A stretch of 64,000 nt of DNA from Octopus vulgaris. Taxonomy: Eukaryota. Numbering within the stretch: the stretch's first letter is position 1; every line of letters starts with the position of its first letter. Shown piece by piece: positions 51,153-64,000 of this stretch. The translations under genes were made by a program, and so were the position numbers. The notes under the pieces are model-generated. The model did not search any database. It saw only the letters and a list, made by a program, of their open reading frames with translations, and was not told the origin of the DNA. The stretch is taken from assembly GCA_951406725.2 (NCBI GenBank), contig OX597833.1, forward strand, positions 56,854,001-56,918,000. The letters are read 5' to 3'.

Positions 51153-52469
51153 AGTACTTGAGTATATAGCATGTTGAAAATATAAGGTTAAGCCATAAGA
51201 CAGGCAACTAAGTAAGCCTAGTTCACAACAGAGATAAGTTATGTAATGTGAATTAATGGTATAGAGAAAAAAATCATTAGCAAATGGTGCCAGTATAGAG
51301 GTAGACCAATAAAAACTTTGGAGGAAGTAATATAGTGAGGCAATAAAATTTTAAGTCTCAAAAATGACAATGGCTTGAGGTGTAGTGTAATATCCCATAT
51401 CAATTCAATCAATAACAGCATGGAAAACAGATATAAAATGATAATGATGGTTATGAAAACGATAACAATAACAGCAGAAGTGGTGGTGGTGGTGGTGATG
51501 ATGATGATGAGGAGGAGGAAGAGTAAGGGGGGAGGAGGACGACGACAACAACAACAACAGTCATAATGACAATAATAATAATCGTAATGACTGATGAAAT
51601 ATTGTTAATAGTTACCTGAACAATTTTTATTTTTTTTGTGTGTTGATTAAATATATCTTATTTATTTAATCATTTACTTACGAACAAAAAAAAATATATA
51701 GAAAATTTACAGCTTCTAATCTATAGAATCTATATACTACAACTACCATTATGGCTGTTAGAGAAGAGAATATTTCAGAAATTTACAAAATAATGTCTTT
51801 TACCCAACAATCATTATTATTCCTGTGGCCCACTCAATGGCTGACAACATTTTACCATGCTATGCTAATCTTTACTTGGAATGAAACTCTTTACAAACAG
51901 CTCATATCATCTACATTTCCACATTCCAATAATTGTCAACATTTCAAAGCTAAAAAAAGATGAGATGCTGCTACCATATCATTTTAACTATTGGCTCACC
52001 ATTTCATTCCTTCACAATATCTATTTAAAAAGATTGCTAAATTTTTCACTAGAAATGTTACTTTACAAAACAACAACTGCTTCTGAGCTAAATGTTATTT
52101 TCAGTTATACCATGTGTGTATGTGCATGTGTGCATGCACATGCATGTGTCAGTATGTGCACATGTGTGAGTCTAGAGATATATATTAATGTTGATACATA
52201 TAGATATATATACACACACACATAACTCCAACACATTACCTACATGTATGGTTTATATGTGAGTACTATATATATATATATATATGAGTGGTAGATTTCA
52301 TCCACTACCCAATGTAATACTACCACCTAGCTTCTTAGATGCCTATAGCAGAGTCTACTATATTGCAAGCATTTAGGCCAGGTTTCCAGTTTGAGGAGTC
52401 CTTCCTCCCTCCCTCCCTCCCACCCAACAATCTCACAGACCCTGTAAAGAGTCATGGTCCTTGCCCTCC

Positions 52470-53119
52470 CAGATCTTTTCAGTTTGGCTGCCAATTTTCG
52501 AAAATTCAAAGTTTATTGAAAATTTTAAAATTTGGTACATTAATGTAGTTTTCCAAGCTAAATTTCAGGAGATATTTCACTTATTCTAGAAAAATGTTTT
52601 CAAAAAGTTATAGAGATTTGAAGTTTGATCATTTTCACACAGTCAGAAAACAGGATCTGGAAGTTGTCATTTTGTGCGTAACTGCACATTTTATCAACAT
52701 CCTGAAAATAGTACTTGTTAATACAAAACAGATCAGCGAAATATCCAAATAGAAAGGTAAAAATTTCCAAAACTATAGGTACAAACAGCAGAACACAGTG
52801 TCAACATGTGTCTTCGCAGAGAATATATTTGTCAACACATCTACATAGAATATATTCCTTGCAGTCACAGATAAAAGAGTTCTCATGTTCATATACAAAA
52901 GAGTTCTCCAGTCACAGACATGAATATGTCTGTGGCTTATGATTGGTGAAAATTACCAAAAATTTGCAAATTTTAAAACTCTTTATTTATTGATTTATTG
53001 TGAATATGAATTTCAAAGCAGTGATTAGCATATAAAGCCATATCATTACACCGAATATGAAATCAATTTGAACAGGAATTGAAGAGATTGAAAATTGGCA
53101 GCCAAACTGAAAAGATCTG
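52470..53119. mobile_element. 650-bp non-autonomous DNA transposon with perfect 30-bp TIRs
   Basis: CAGATCTTTTCAGTTTGGCTGCCAATTTTC (52470-52499) with reverse complement at 53090-53119; imperfect flanking duplication. Confidence 0.85.
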
Positions 53120-53267
53120 CTTTCCCTCCAGATAAAATGTGCATGTGTGTATGAAGATATCTGTACATATATATATATATAAATATAATATCCATGCATT
53201 CAAATATACACTCATACATACACAACTAATACATACATACATGAGATTATATCTCAAAAATATATCC

Positions 53268-55129
53268 AATCTGAAATATTGGTTTCAAAATTTGGAACAA
53301 GGCCAACAATCTTAGGAGCAGGGCAAGTCAAATATATCAAGCCCAGTGCTTAGCGGGTACTTATTTTAATGACCTTGAAAGAATGAAAGGCAGAGTCAAC
53401 CTCAGCAGAATTTGAACTCAAAACATAAATAGCTGGAAGAAATACTGCTAAGCATTTTGCCTGGTGCAATAACAATTCTGCCAGCTTGCTGCCTAAATCT
53501 AATCTGAAATAGTTTAAAATTTTTACACAAGGCCAGCAATTTTGAGAAAATGGGTAAGTTGATTATATCAACCCAAGTGCTTAACTAGTACTTATTTTAT
53601 CTTCCCTAAAAGAATGAAAGGCAGAGTCAACCTCAGCAGAATTTGAACTCAAAACATAAATAGCTGGAAGAAATACTGCTAAGCATTTTGCCTGGTGCAA
53701 TAACAATTCTGCCAGCTTGCTGCCTAAATCTAATCTGAAATAGTTTAAAATTTTTACACAAGGCCAGCAATTTTGAGAAATGGGTAAGTTGATTATATCA
53801 ACCCAAGTGCTTAACTAGTACTTATTTTATCTTCCCTAAAAGAATGAAAGGCAGAGTCAACCTCAGCAGAATTTGAACTCAAAACATAAATAGCTGGAAG
53901 AAATACTGCTAAGCATTTTGCCTGGTGCAATAACAATTCTGCCAGCTTGCTGCCTAAATCTAATCTGAAATAGTTTAAAATTTTTACACAAGGCCAGCAA
54001 TTTTGAGAAAATGGGTAAGTTGATTATATCAACCCAAGTGCTTAACTAGTACTTATTTTATCTTCCCTAAAAGAATGAAAGGCAGAGTCAACCTCAGCAG
54101 AATTTGAACTCAAAACATAAATAGCTGGAAGAAATACTGCTAAGCATTTTGCCTGGTGCAATAACAATTCTGCCAGCTTGCTGCCTAAATCTAATCTGAA
54201 ATAGTTTAAAATTTTTACACAAGGCCAGCAATTTTGAGAAAATGGGTAAGTTGATTATATCAACCCAAGTGCTTAACTAGTACTTATTTTATCTTCCCTA
54301 AAAGAATGAAAGGCAGAGTCAACCTCAGCAGAATTTGAACTCAAAACATAAATAGCTGGAAGAAATACTGCTAAGCATTTTGCCTGGTGCAATAACAATT
54401 CTGCCAGCTTGCTGCCTAAATCTAATCTGAAATAGTTTAAAATTTTTACACAAGGCCAGCAATTTTGAGAAAATGGGTAAGTTGATTATATCAACCCAAG
54501 TGCTTAACTAGTACTTATTTTATCTTCCCTAAAAGGATGAAAGGCAGAGTCAACCTCAGCAGAATTTGAACTCAAAACATAAATAGCTGGAAGAAATACT
54601 GCTAAGCATTTTGCCTGGTGCAATAACAATTCTGCCAGCTTGCTGCCTAAATCTAATCTGAAATAGTTTAAAATTTTTACACAAGGCCAGCAATTTTGAG
54701 AAAATGGGTAAGTTGATTATATCAACCCAAGTGCTTAACTAGTACTTATTTTATCTTCCCTAAAAGGATGAAAGGCAAAGTCAACTTCAGCAGAATTTGG
54801 ACTCAGAATGTAAAGACAGGAAAAATACCACCAAGCACTTCGCCTGGCATGCTAACAATTCTACCAGCTTACTGCCTTAATCCAATCTAAAATATCAATT
54901 TCAAATTTTGCCACAAAAGCAGCAATTTTGGGGGAGGGGGATGAGTTGATTACATCGACCTCAGTGTTCAACTGGTACTTATTTTATAAACCCCAGAAGG
55001 ATGAAAGGCAAAGTTGACCTTGGCAGAATTTGAACTCAGAGTGTGAAGACAGATGAAATGCCACTAAGCATTTTCCCTGGCATGCTAACGATTCTGCCAG
55101 TTCACTGCCTTCATAAAATCTGAAATATT
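53268..55129 (-). repeat. Tandem array of 8 head-to-tail family 2 SINEs, including six near-identical 231-bp units
   Basis: Unit starts at 53381, 53612, 53842, 54073, 54304, 54535; diverged units from 54766; AATCTGAAATATT flanks both ends. Confidence 0.95.
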
Positions 55130-55231
55130 ACAATGTAAAACATAAACTTCAGAAATAACTATTTTGACTTAAAGTATGGTAATGCTTATTGATCCAAACT
55201 TAATGACCCACCACCACCACCAGATGTTAGT

Positions 55232-55540
55232 CACAGTGGAGGCACATGGCCTAGTGGTTAGAGCAGCGGACTCGCAGTCGAGGGATCATGGGTTCAAATC
55301 TCAGACCGGGCAGTGTGTGTGTTTATGAGCTAAATATCTAAGCTCCATGAGGCTCCGGCAGAAGGTAATGGCGAACCTCTGCTGACTCTTTCACCACAAC
55401 TTTCTCTCACTCTTTCCTCCTGCATCTTGCAGCTCACCTGCGACGGACTGGCGTCCCGTCCAGGTGGGGAACCTATACGCCAAGAAACCAGGAAACCAGT
55501 CCTTATGAGCCAGGCATGGCTCGAGAAGGAACAAACAACA
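55232..55540 (+). mobile_element. SINE family 4, tail type b, 13-bp TSD
   Basis: TGGCCTAGTGG A box, GGGTTCAAATCTC B box; TSD ACCAGATGTTAGT at 55219-55231 and 55541-55553. Confidence 0.9.
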
Positions 55541-57689
55541 ACCAGATGTTAGTGCCAACATTATGACAAAGTTTATCTACTAGAATTCACTGAGCTCTAG
55601 ATATCACTGAAATCAAAATCAAAATGTTACTGCCAACTGTCGATAGAAACAGTTGTAAATACTTAACTTTAGAGCATGTAAATTTTTTGCTTCTTTACTC
55701 AAATATGAGGCTCAAAACTAGAAAACTAGTCGTCTCACTCCAGAATTTTCAAAGTCCTGTTTCTCCTTATCCAACCAACATGAAATAAACATCCTTGTTC
55801 AGAAAACTATTACTAATGTTTTATTATCATCATCATTATTGTAGTGACATCATCATCTTTGCTGCAGTCTTTGCCTGGTTGAATCAATAGAATTCAAGAC
55901 TAACAGCTGAAGAGTCAGCAGGTCATATTCTATCACCAGCTCTGATCTGTATCCTCATCAAAATGCTTCACTTTCAGATGGTCAGTCTGCTAAGCTCTAA
56001 GTAGGTATTACTTGTTATACTCTAACTACTCTAAGCACTGAGAGCACTGTTTAATTAATGTTTCATTAGTTTGTACTATGCATTCTTGGCAAGGGATGTA
56101 CTCTTCAAGGGTGACATTCTTTAAATACACTAGATACGGAAGAAATGTTCAGTAATGAATTTCAAGATTACATTCAAATCTTTAGATGACTATCTTCTAT
56201 ATCACTGTATACAAAATTTTCCAAGAATATTAGTAAGTAAATTCTATTAATGACTTAAATAGATAGTAACGGTAATTAAGCTAAGAACTAGAGATAATGC
56301 ATTGCAGTTTTCAATTAAGTATTACTCTTTCTGTGTTCAGAATCCGTTAGTGTTGCTTCTTTGCATTTCTGATGTGTTGGAAAATTAATGTCAGTAATAA
56401 ACTGGAGTCAATAAGCTATAGTATCTCTTTTAAACACACACACACACACAAATATATATACAATAACCACAAAAATCCCTAATACTAATTGGGGAAAAAA
56501 AAAGAATTAAAAGAATCATGATATATATGATGTATACTAAGTATAAGAGTAAAAAAAAAAAGATCAACTAAATGCCCCAAACTGGAAAATATATTTAAAC
56601 AATATGACACTTAAATGGTAGGTTAGAAGTCTATGTCAATACAATATTTTTTTACAAAACTCATTTACCTAATGGATAAAACTTGCTCTATTTTCATTAT
56701 GTAAAATAATAATTCATAAAGCAGTATCCCTAAAAAAATGGTCTTCTTCAACATTCCCATATAAGCTGACAGCAAGCAATAAGTCTGAAATAGATTCCTG
56801 GCAAATTGATATCAAAAGTAGTTTTCTCATGTAGACAGAAATGTCTCTCAATGGTCATTTTTTAAAAAAATTCATACAGATAGGATGAAATTTATAATTT
56901 ATAAACATCATATTCAGTACAACAATACTATCGACAACAACAGCACAACAAAAATCATTCCCTTCAGGAGATAGCTATTCAGTTGCCCTTTCATTTAGTG
57001 TATTGCTTTGCCAGTTTTTAAACATTCTTTTCTTTTATTCCTATATTTATTGATGATTTCTTAAATTACTCATATATCTAGTAATATAAATAAACAAAAA
57101 TAGCATTTTGCTATTAAGATGAACCACAGCTTATATAATTATTGGTGACACACAGACAGTGATACTGATGTTTTCATTTCGAGTTCTATTCTGAAGTTAA
57201 ATATAGTATTTATTCCTAAACTTTATTGAATTTACCACACATACCAGTATATACATCCACTCCTTATTTGATTGTCTCAGCAATATAAAATGCCATACTA
57301 AAGGAGTAAATCCTAATATTGTTTTCCTGTTACTTCAATGCAGTTAGAATTCAGTAAATTGATTTTACTGAGTCAAATCTAATATTGAACATGGTTTACA
57401 AAATATTAAGAGAGAGCAGTTCCTGGTATATACATAAAAGAAAAGGCTAAAGCTCCAGAACATCAGTAAATAATTCTTTGAAACAGAATTGATGAATGCC
57501 CTTCCTTGCATCATTTAATATGTAAATTATAAGCTACTAACCAATATAGTTTTATAATAATGTTATAAGAGTCACACTAGAATAGATAAACTTCATGTTA
57601 CATCAAGAAACCAAGCCTTTTATGTATTTGTACAGGTCTCCAATAATTTATAAACATATATACTCATTATTCTGAAAGAAAATTAACTA

Positions 57690-57888
57690 TTAGACGCAGG
57701 AGTGGCTGTGTGGTAAGTAGCTTGCTTACCAACTACATGGTTCTGGGTTCAGTCCCACTGCGTGGCACCTTGGGCAAGTGTCTTCTACTATAGCTTTGGG
57801 CCGACCAAAGCCTTGTGAGTGGATTTGGTAGAAGGAAACTGAAAGAAGCCCGTCGTATATATGTATATATATATGTGTGTGTGTGTGT

Positions 57889-57928
<40 letters not shown>

Positions 57929-58144
57929 TTGTGTGTCTGTGTTTGCCCCCCCCCCCCCCAACGTCGATTGACAACCAATGCTTGTGTGTTTATGTCCCTG
58001 TAACTTAGTGGTTCGGCAAAAAGAGACTGATAGAATAAGTACTAGGCTTACAAAGAATAAGTCCTGGGGTCGATATGCTCGACTAAAGGCGGTGCTCCAG
58101 CATGGCTGCAGCCAAATGACTGAAACAAGTAAAAGAGTAAAGAG
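57690..58144 (+). mobile_element. SINE family 3, full length
   Basis: GCAGGAGTGGCTGTGTGG...CCTTGGGCAAGTG...(TG)n...GAAACAAGTAAAAGAG; TSD ATTAACTA. Confidence 0.9.
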
Positions 58145-58528
58145 ATTAACTACATACATCATAGTATGATGGTCTATAAATAGAAAGTTGTATATGTAAA
58201 AGATAAAAGACCAGCATGAATAGCCAGAAAAAAGTCTGCTCTACTATTCTCTCAGTATGTTGCTTAGCAGTTTCTGAACTCAAATATTTCTTCTGATTTA
58301 TCCAAAGTAGCCAAGAAGGTGACCAATACCATATTTGGCTATGTCACTTCAGATCAATGACCTGACCAAATCTCTTACTACCAACCCCCAGAGGTTTACT
58401 CACAGCAGCGTCATACTGCAACCGTAAATGCAAATAACATTATCTGCAACAATTAGAAGACAACTAACATTTCCAACGGGGCAACATTTACATACCCTTG
58501 AAATGCCCACAAGATGACCACAAAAATG

Positions 58529-58937
58529 GGATCTTTTCGGATTGAATGGCAGTTTTTAACATAATTTCTAGGTAACTAAAAAATTTTAAATTTCGTATAC
58601 TGGTAGAATGTGTTTATAAAATATCTTTTTCTCTTGGCTTTATTAAGAAAATTCTATAGTTTGTAAGATATTTGTTTTTTTTCCTTCAATTTCTGCAATT
58701 TCAACCAATCACTGACATCTATTGAGTTAAAAAGCATTCTGTGCCGTATGAATATGTCCCTCGTTTAAGAAACAGATTGGATTTATTTACATTTGTGAAG
58801 AAAAAAAATACCCTTCCCCCACCTCTAACCCTAACCCTAACCCTAAAACAGATTGAAATGCAATAGGGTCATAATTATGGGTGACAATTTCATATGACAC
58901 CGCTAGTAAAAAACTGCTGTTCAAACCAAAAAGATCC
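58529..58937. mobile_element. Non-autonomous TIR transposon, 8-bp TSD (Merlin-like), containing (CCCTAA)n
   Basis: GGATCTTTTCGGATTGAATGGCAGTTTTT ... AAAAACTGCTGTTCAAACCAAAAAGATCC; TSD CAAAAATG at 58521-58528 and 58938-58945. Confidence 0.8.
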
Positions 58938-59078
58938 CAAAAATGTCTTTGTACATCACATGGTTGCAAAATTCCCTTCCACACATATTGCTGATGGCTC
59001 TCCTAGTTTCTAGTCAAGAGTGCTTCCACTAACTTTCATAATCTTCCTACACACCATTTCACATCCAAGATTACTTTG

Positions 59079-59307
59079 TTAATCCTTTAGCATTTAAACC
59101 GGCCAAATCCGGCTCAAATATTTTACATGTTTTACATTCAAAAGGCCATATTTAACCTCTCACACCTAACCTACACTAACATTCTGAAAATAAACAATCA
59201 CATCATTGAAACCTCAAAGCTATGACATAATGCATAATTAATTCAGAACAGTTTGAATAAAAAAAAGTATTACATTTCACAGAATAACCTGAACACTAAA
59301 GGGTTAA
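59079..59307 (+). mobile_element. TTAA MITE family B
   Basis: TTAATCCTTTAGCATTT...CACTAAAGGGTTAA. Confidence 0.8.
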
Positions 59308-59611
59308 ACATCACTCCTGAAGCTAAAGCTATATATTTCCTGCTCGTTTTACTCTCTAGTCCACATTACACACACGAAAGTAAAAGTTATCCAGAAGTCA
59401 CTCTTTCAACGCCACTCGTCTCACCATCATATGCATACACTTCAAACAGACACTCTTGAGACATAACAAGTACTCACCAAACTCTCCAGTCTATCTGTCT
59501 CTGGAGATTTACCATACATTAATGATATCTCGAAATCTAAGTCAGTAAGGCAACTTTGAGCAGGTTAAGTGATTACATGGAAATTATTTAGCTTATTCCC
59601 TCCTGTTATGA

Positions 59612-60162
59612 CTCCTAGCTCCAAGGGAGTCTCTACATGGTCATTTAAACTGCTGGAAATAGCAGCCAAGTCTACCTTAAAATACTTCTTGCTGTCTAAA
59701 AAAGAAAAAAACACCCTCGGGTATGCAACCCTATATATGTTATACCTTAAAAAGAAGCAAGAAGTGGTCATGGCTAGAGTGCTTTTAATTACATCTGTCT
59801 ACTTAACCAAAGCTGACCTAGGGCTAAACAACAGTTTACATCTATGCTTGAGAAAAGCATGAACCTCACACAGTTTCATTTCCCTTGCTCCTAGTTTCAG
59901 AGGAGTCTCTACATGGTCATTTAAACTGCTGGAAATAGCAGCCAATTCTACCTTAAAATACTTCTTGCTGTCTAAAAAAGAAAAAAAAACACCTTCGGGT
60001 ATGCAACCCTACATATGTTATACCTTAAAAAGAAGCAAGAAATGGCTAGAGTGCTTTTAATCACATCTGTCTGCTTAACCAAAGCTGACCTAGGGCTAAA
60101 CCAGAGTTTGCATCTATGCTTGAGAAAAGCATGAACCTCACACAGTTTCATTTCCCTTGCTC
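59612..60162 (+). repeat. Two-copy tandem duplication, 276-bp period
   Basis: GGAGTCTCTACATGG at 59626 and 59902; both units end TTTCCCTTGCTC. Confidence 0.9.
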
Positions 60163-62973
60163 TTTAAATCTGGACTTGTGTCCCTATGTAAGAAATCAAT
60201 ATTATAGGTAATTACTTTTTCCCTCTTTGTTAGAAGTAGGAATTCTGAACTGCAAATTAGAAATGTCTCTTTCATTGTCCAAAGATCCTATCTCCAATAT
60301 TTATTATATGTGTCTACATCGCCAGCTGTTTTGCCACATTTAAAAACATGTTAAGCTTTAATGCATTAATTGCTATTATGCTGATCTTAATTCCTTCACA
60401 AAATACAGAATGCAATCAATATTTTTTGAACAAAAAATAAAATTTAAAAAAATAAATAAATTACTATTAAATCAATATGAATGAATTTCATAATTTATTA
60501 ACATTATATCATTATACCAAACTATACTTTGAACAAGCTGCAATCATTATCCTACCCATTTTGTTTTGCTCTTTAACAGGTTATTTTTACTAATTATAAA
60601 TACCAACTCAATCTACATTTGCAGAACAATCCAATTTTATTACAAAAAAACTTGCAACGAAAACCATGCAAAAATTACATCTATCTTATTCCCCATAGAA
60701 AAAATAAATGGAAGATACTTTTTTGTAACCTTTGTAAATTATATTTATTTTATCATTTATGTATGATTCTACAAAATATAATTTACAAACTTACTTATAT
60801 TATTTATGTACACAGTTCTGGGACTACGTTTTCCTAATGCCTACTTTCTCCTTTAAACGTTTTTCATAAATATGATTTTTATTATCTAAAATATTCAACA
60901 CGACATTAATAATATTTATTTTAATATTCCATTATTGGTTATACATTTCAGCCATTCTATTCCATACAATATTTTCAAAATTTGTTGACTCAAGATTATA
61001 TAGCCTTACACAAACAAAACCACAATAACAAACAAAATGATACATAAAATGTCAAGCAAGGGGCATTAGGGAATATGTACAATTCATGTCTCTGTAATTG
61101 AGAAATACTCTACTATGTGTGGAATTCATACTGATTTCTACCATCTGGAAGTAATGTTAACTTCAGAAAAAAAAAAAGGAAGAAAAAGAAAACCTTATTT
61201 ATGTTATTTACATCACTTCTGAAACTATTCACTGCAGCTTCTGGAAAATAAACATCAAATAGCCTCTACAAAGACTACCCGCCACAACCACCACCATCAA
61301 AGGGGGCGACTGCTGTTCCATTCAATATTATTGGTTTTTATCAGCCTAGAACAAATATATGTTTGGGAATAAATGATGAGTTATTTTCACAAAGAAACCA
61401 GTCTAATAGAAGCCAAGGAATTTTTGAAAACTCTACCACAAGAAGTTCTTTAAAATAACCAGACAGTGTTTTAAAAATAATTTCCTTAAAACAATTTTTT
61501 TCCATCTTTTTTTCTCTTATAAATAAATCTGAATGAAACACACAATTATAATAGTATTTGAAGCAAACTTTTTATCTCTATAATTCAAAAAACCATTCAA
61601 CACTACCACCACCACCACCACCTCTTTCTCAATTAAATGTCTTCATTCATGCTTTCATGCTAATTAGATAGAAGAGTTTTAAATATTTCTCATATATCTT
61701 AATTTTATTCCAGTAATTCCATCTTTTTCAAGTATACTCAAACAACAAGCTAACCCCAACTATGTCTTCAATTCTCTGCCAGTTAGCAACAACCTGATCA
61801 TACATTTCTTTAGATGTCAATACAATTCAAACTATTTCTCCTATAAGTAGATTCTTCTCCTTTCTCCCAAATTTACATTGCAATCTATCAGACTTCTTTT
61901 TTATTTCCTCTGCTGCCTTTTCAATTCTTTCATTTTTGCTATGATTTGCAACTCCAAAAAAAAAAAAAAAAAAAAAAAAACACATTTCTCATCCGTGCTT
62001 TGCTATATACTGTCAATAACAGTAGAATTCCTCAAAATTTCTTACAGCTACATTGATCTTTAGCATCAATACTGATTGTATCAACTCAATAACAGAGCAT
62101 ATCTAGTCTTTTGCATAACAAAATATATCTAATATCTTAGTCTGTATCATAATTGTATGATCTGAAAGAATTCACAACCTACAATAAAGATATTGGTTTA
62201 CTAACATTTTGACTAAAAATCCTCCGCATTCATTTACTCATATTTGTGCCAACATTCTATTGGGAAACTATTCTTTTCCTGAGCAATGCTACAACTAGCT
62301 GTATCTGGATTATGTATGTAGGTCAGCCATGTTCACTCATAATTCCCTGCTTCCAAGTTTCAGACTTGTACAGATATTGGATTCTATAAAAATCTGCCTA
62401 TTTGCATATAAGAACTCCCAGGAGGAACCCACTGCTGAATTCCACCATTAGTACTTGAAGAGCAGAACACTGAACATCTGTAAATATTTATATGGTTACC
62501 GCATTCATTATAAGCTGGAATTTAAAATAAAGATATATTCATATATTGAAACCTCTTAAAATAGTTTCAATACTGATAGCGAGATTTTCTTCAAACAACA
62601 AATAACCTGAATAACTTATAAAACTTATAAAGATGAATAGGGAGTTTACTTTATTAAACTGAAAGGTTCAAAACCAAGGTCAGAAATGTTATCTAGAAAA
62701 TGCTTTTTTTATACAACAACAACCTGTTGTTCAGTTTTACATTAACCACTTACTTTTACTCATAACTAAACTTTTAAAAAAGTGTAAATTCTCTTTCCTG
62801 ACATCAATCTTTTCACCAGGAATTTCTCTTTTTTGCATATTTTCGAAATATAATGATTTTCTTATTTGCAATCAAGAGTGAAACGTTTCACCAATCCAAG
62901 TGTTACTAATGGTTTGTAATTTTCTATAAAATAAATTAACATCCTTTTCTGCTTGACTGCAATATTTGATATT

Positions 62974-63084
62974 ATTCTGATGTCTTCATATCTGAACTTG
63001 CAACTTGGAGTTATGGTTTAGCTTGACTGTATCAAGATAAATCATAACTCCAAGTTGCAAGTTCAAATATGAAGACATCAGAAT
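62974..63084. other. 53-bp near-perfect inverted repeat with 5-nt loop
   Basis: 62974-63026 vs 63032-63084, 3 non-Watson-Crick positions. Confidence 0.9.
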
Positions 63085-63225
63085 TATACCAAATTTATTC
63101 AGTACACTAAAGATTAACTTGCAATTTTCATATTTCCAATTTTTTAAATAGATGTTTTGCATTTTCCATGTTCGCATAGATGAATCTACAACTCTAGAGT
63201 TTATACAAATTATTGGAGCAAATAT

Positions 63226-63454
63226 TTAACCCTTTTGTTACTGTATTTATTTTGAGATGCTCTGTGTTTCTTTCAATTACTTTCAATATAACAAAGAATT
63301 TAGTAAAATAACTAAGTTATCATTAAGCTAGTGTTAGGAACATAAATTGTGACCAAGGTTTGGTGGAAGATTTTAATTCAGAACTTATGAAAACAAGACA
63401 TTTGTACTACAAAGCCAGAGCCGGTTTCAGCCAGGTTGGTAATGAAAGGGTTAA
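63226..63454 (-). mobile_element. TTAA MITE family A
   Basis: Reverse complement of 31239-31467. Confidence 0.9.
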
Positions 63455-64000
63455 ATAAACTTTTTAATACAAACCACTTTAACTATGGATTAGGTATAGT
63501 GTTCATTTTCTGCTAGGATGATAAAAAGCAAGTAAAATATCTTTAGCTCACCAAAAAAATCTTTATTGGCATTACAGCAGGGGTTTTTTCCATTCAAGCT
63601 ACACTATTACTCCTATGTACTTTAATAATCTTCATCCTTTACAACTTTAATACTATATAATACTCATTATTTGGAAGTTTTAATTCAGTCTGAAATTCAT
63701 TTATATCTCAATCACTGAAACAAGACCATGGTATAAATAATTTTATCAATGGATAGGCCAATAAAAAAACAAATACAATACAGATAGCAGTGAACTGGAT
63801 TATTTATGATTCATAATGATAGCTGCATGGGCTGAAACAATATGAGTTAAATGACTTAATTAGAGACAAAGTCTAGAGCCAATGACAGAATTCAAATCAC
63901 CTGCCCTTTGGTCAATAGTTTAACACCATACCACTTCAATTAGCTGCAAGTAAACTGAAGAATATTATCATCATCAACATCTTCATTTTTACAACTGCTT

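Noticed and set aside
53381-54765. CRISPR-like array
   Set aside because: Units are wholly repeated with no unique spacers; eukaryotic SINE sequence.
55238-55312. tRNA gene
   Set aside because: No complete acceptor stem or T-run terminator; continues into a SINE body with TSD.

Overview
AT-rich, repeat-dense eukaryotic DNA with no intact long ORF. The SINE families, (TA)/(CA)/(CAT) microsatellites and TTAGGG motifs match what I recognise as octopus (coleoid cephalopod) genomic DNA; the window is probably intronic or intergenic. Nearly all ORFs in the supplied track are SINE or microsatellite artefacts. Supported content: at least four SINE families, two TTAA-flanked piggyBac-like MITE families, a non-autonomous Helitron, GATC-ended TIR elements, a fold-back element, decayed DD37D (maT) and Tc1-like transposases, LINE RT relics, and three dissimilar Penelope-like remnants, each with a minus-strand minimal hammerhead-ribozyme motif. 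Most notable: an 8-copy head-to-tail SINE array with a recent 6x231-bp expansion, a ribozyme-containing inverted-repeat element, a candidate AG|GTAAGA recursive-splice/54-nt exon, a 53-bp near-perfect hairpin, a telomeric patch inside a MITE, and a 24-bp templated insertion copied from 5.3 kb away. I see no clear evidence of a wholly new multi-gene system. All alignments were done by eye and family names are from recall, not database searches.
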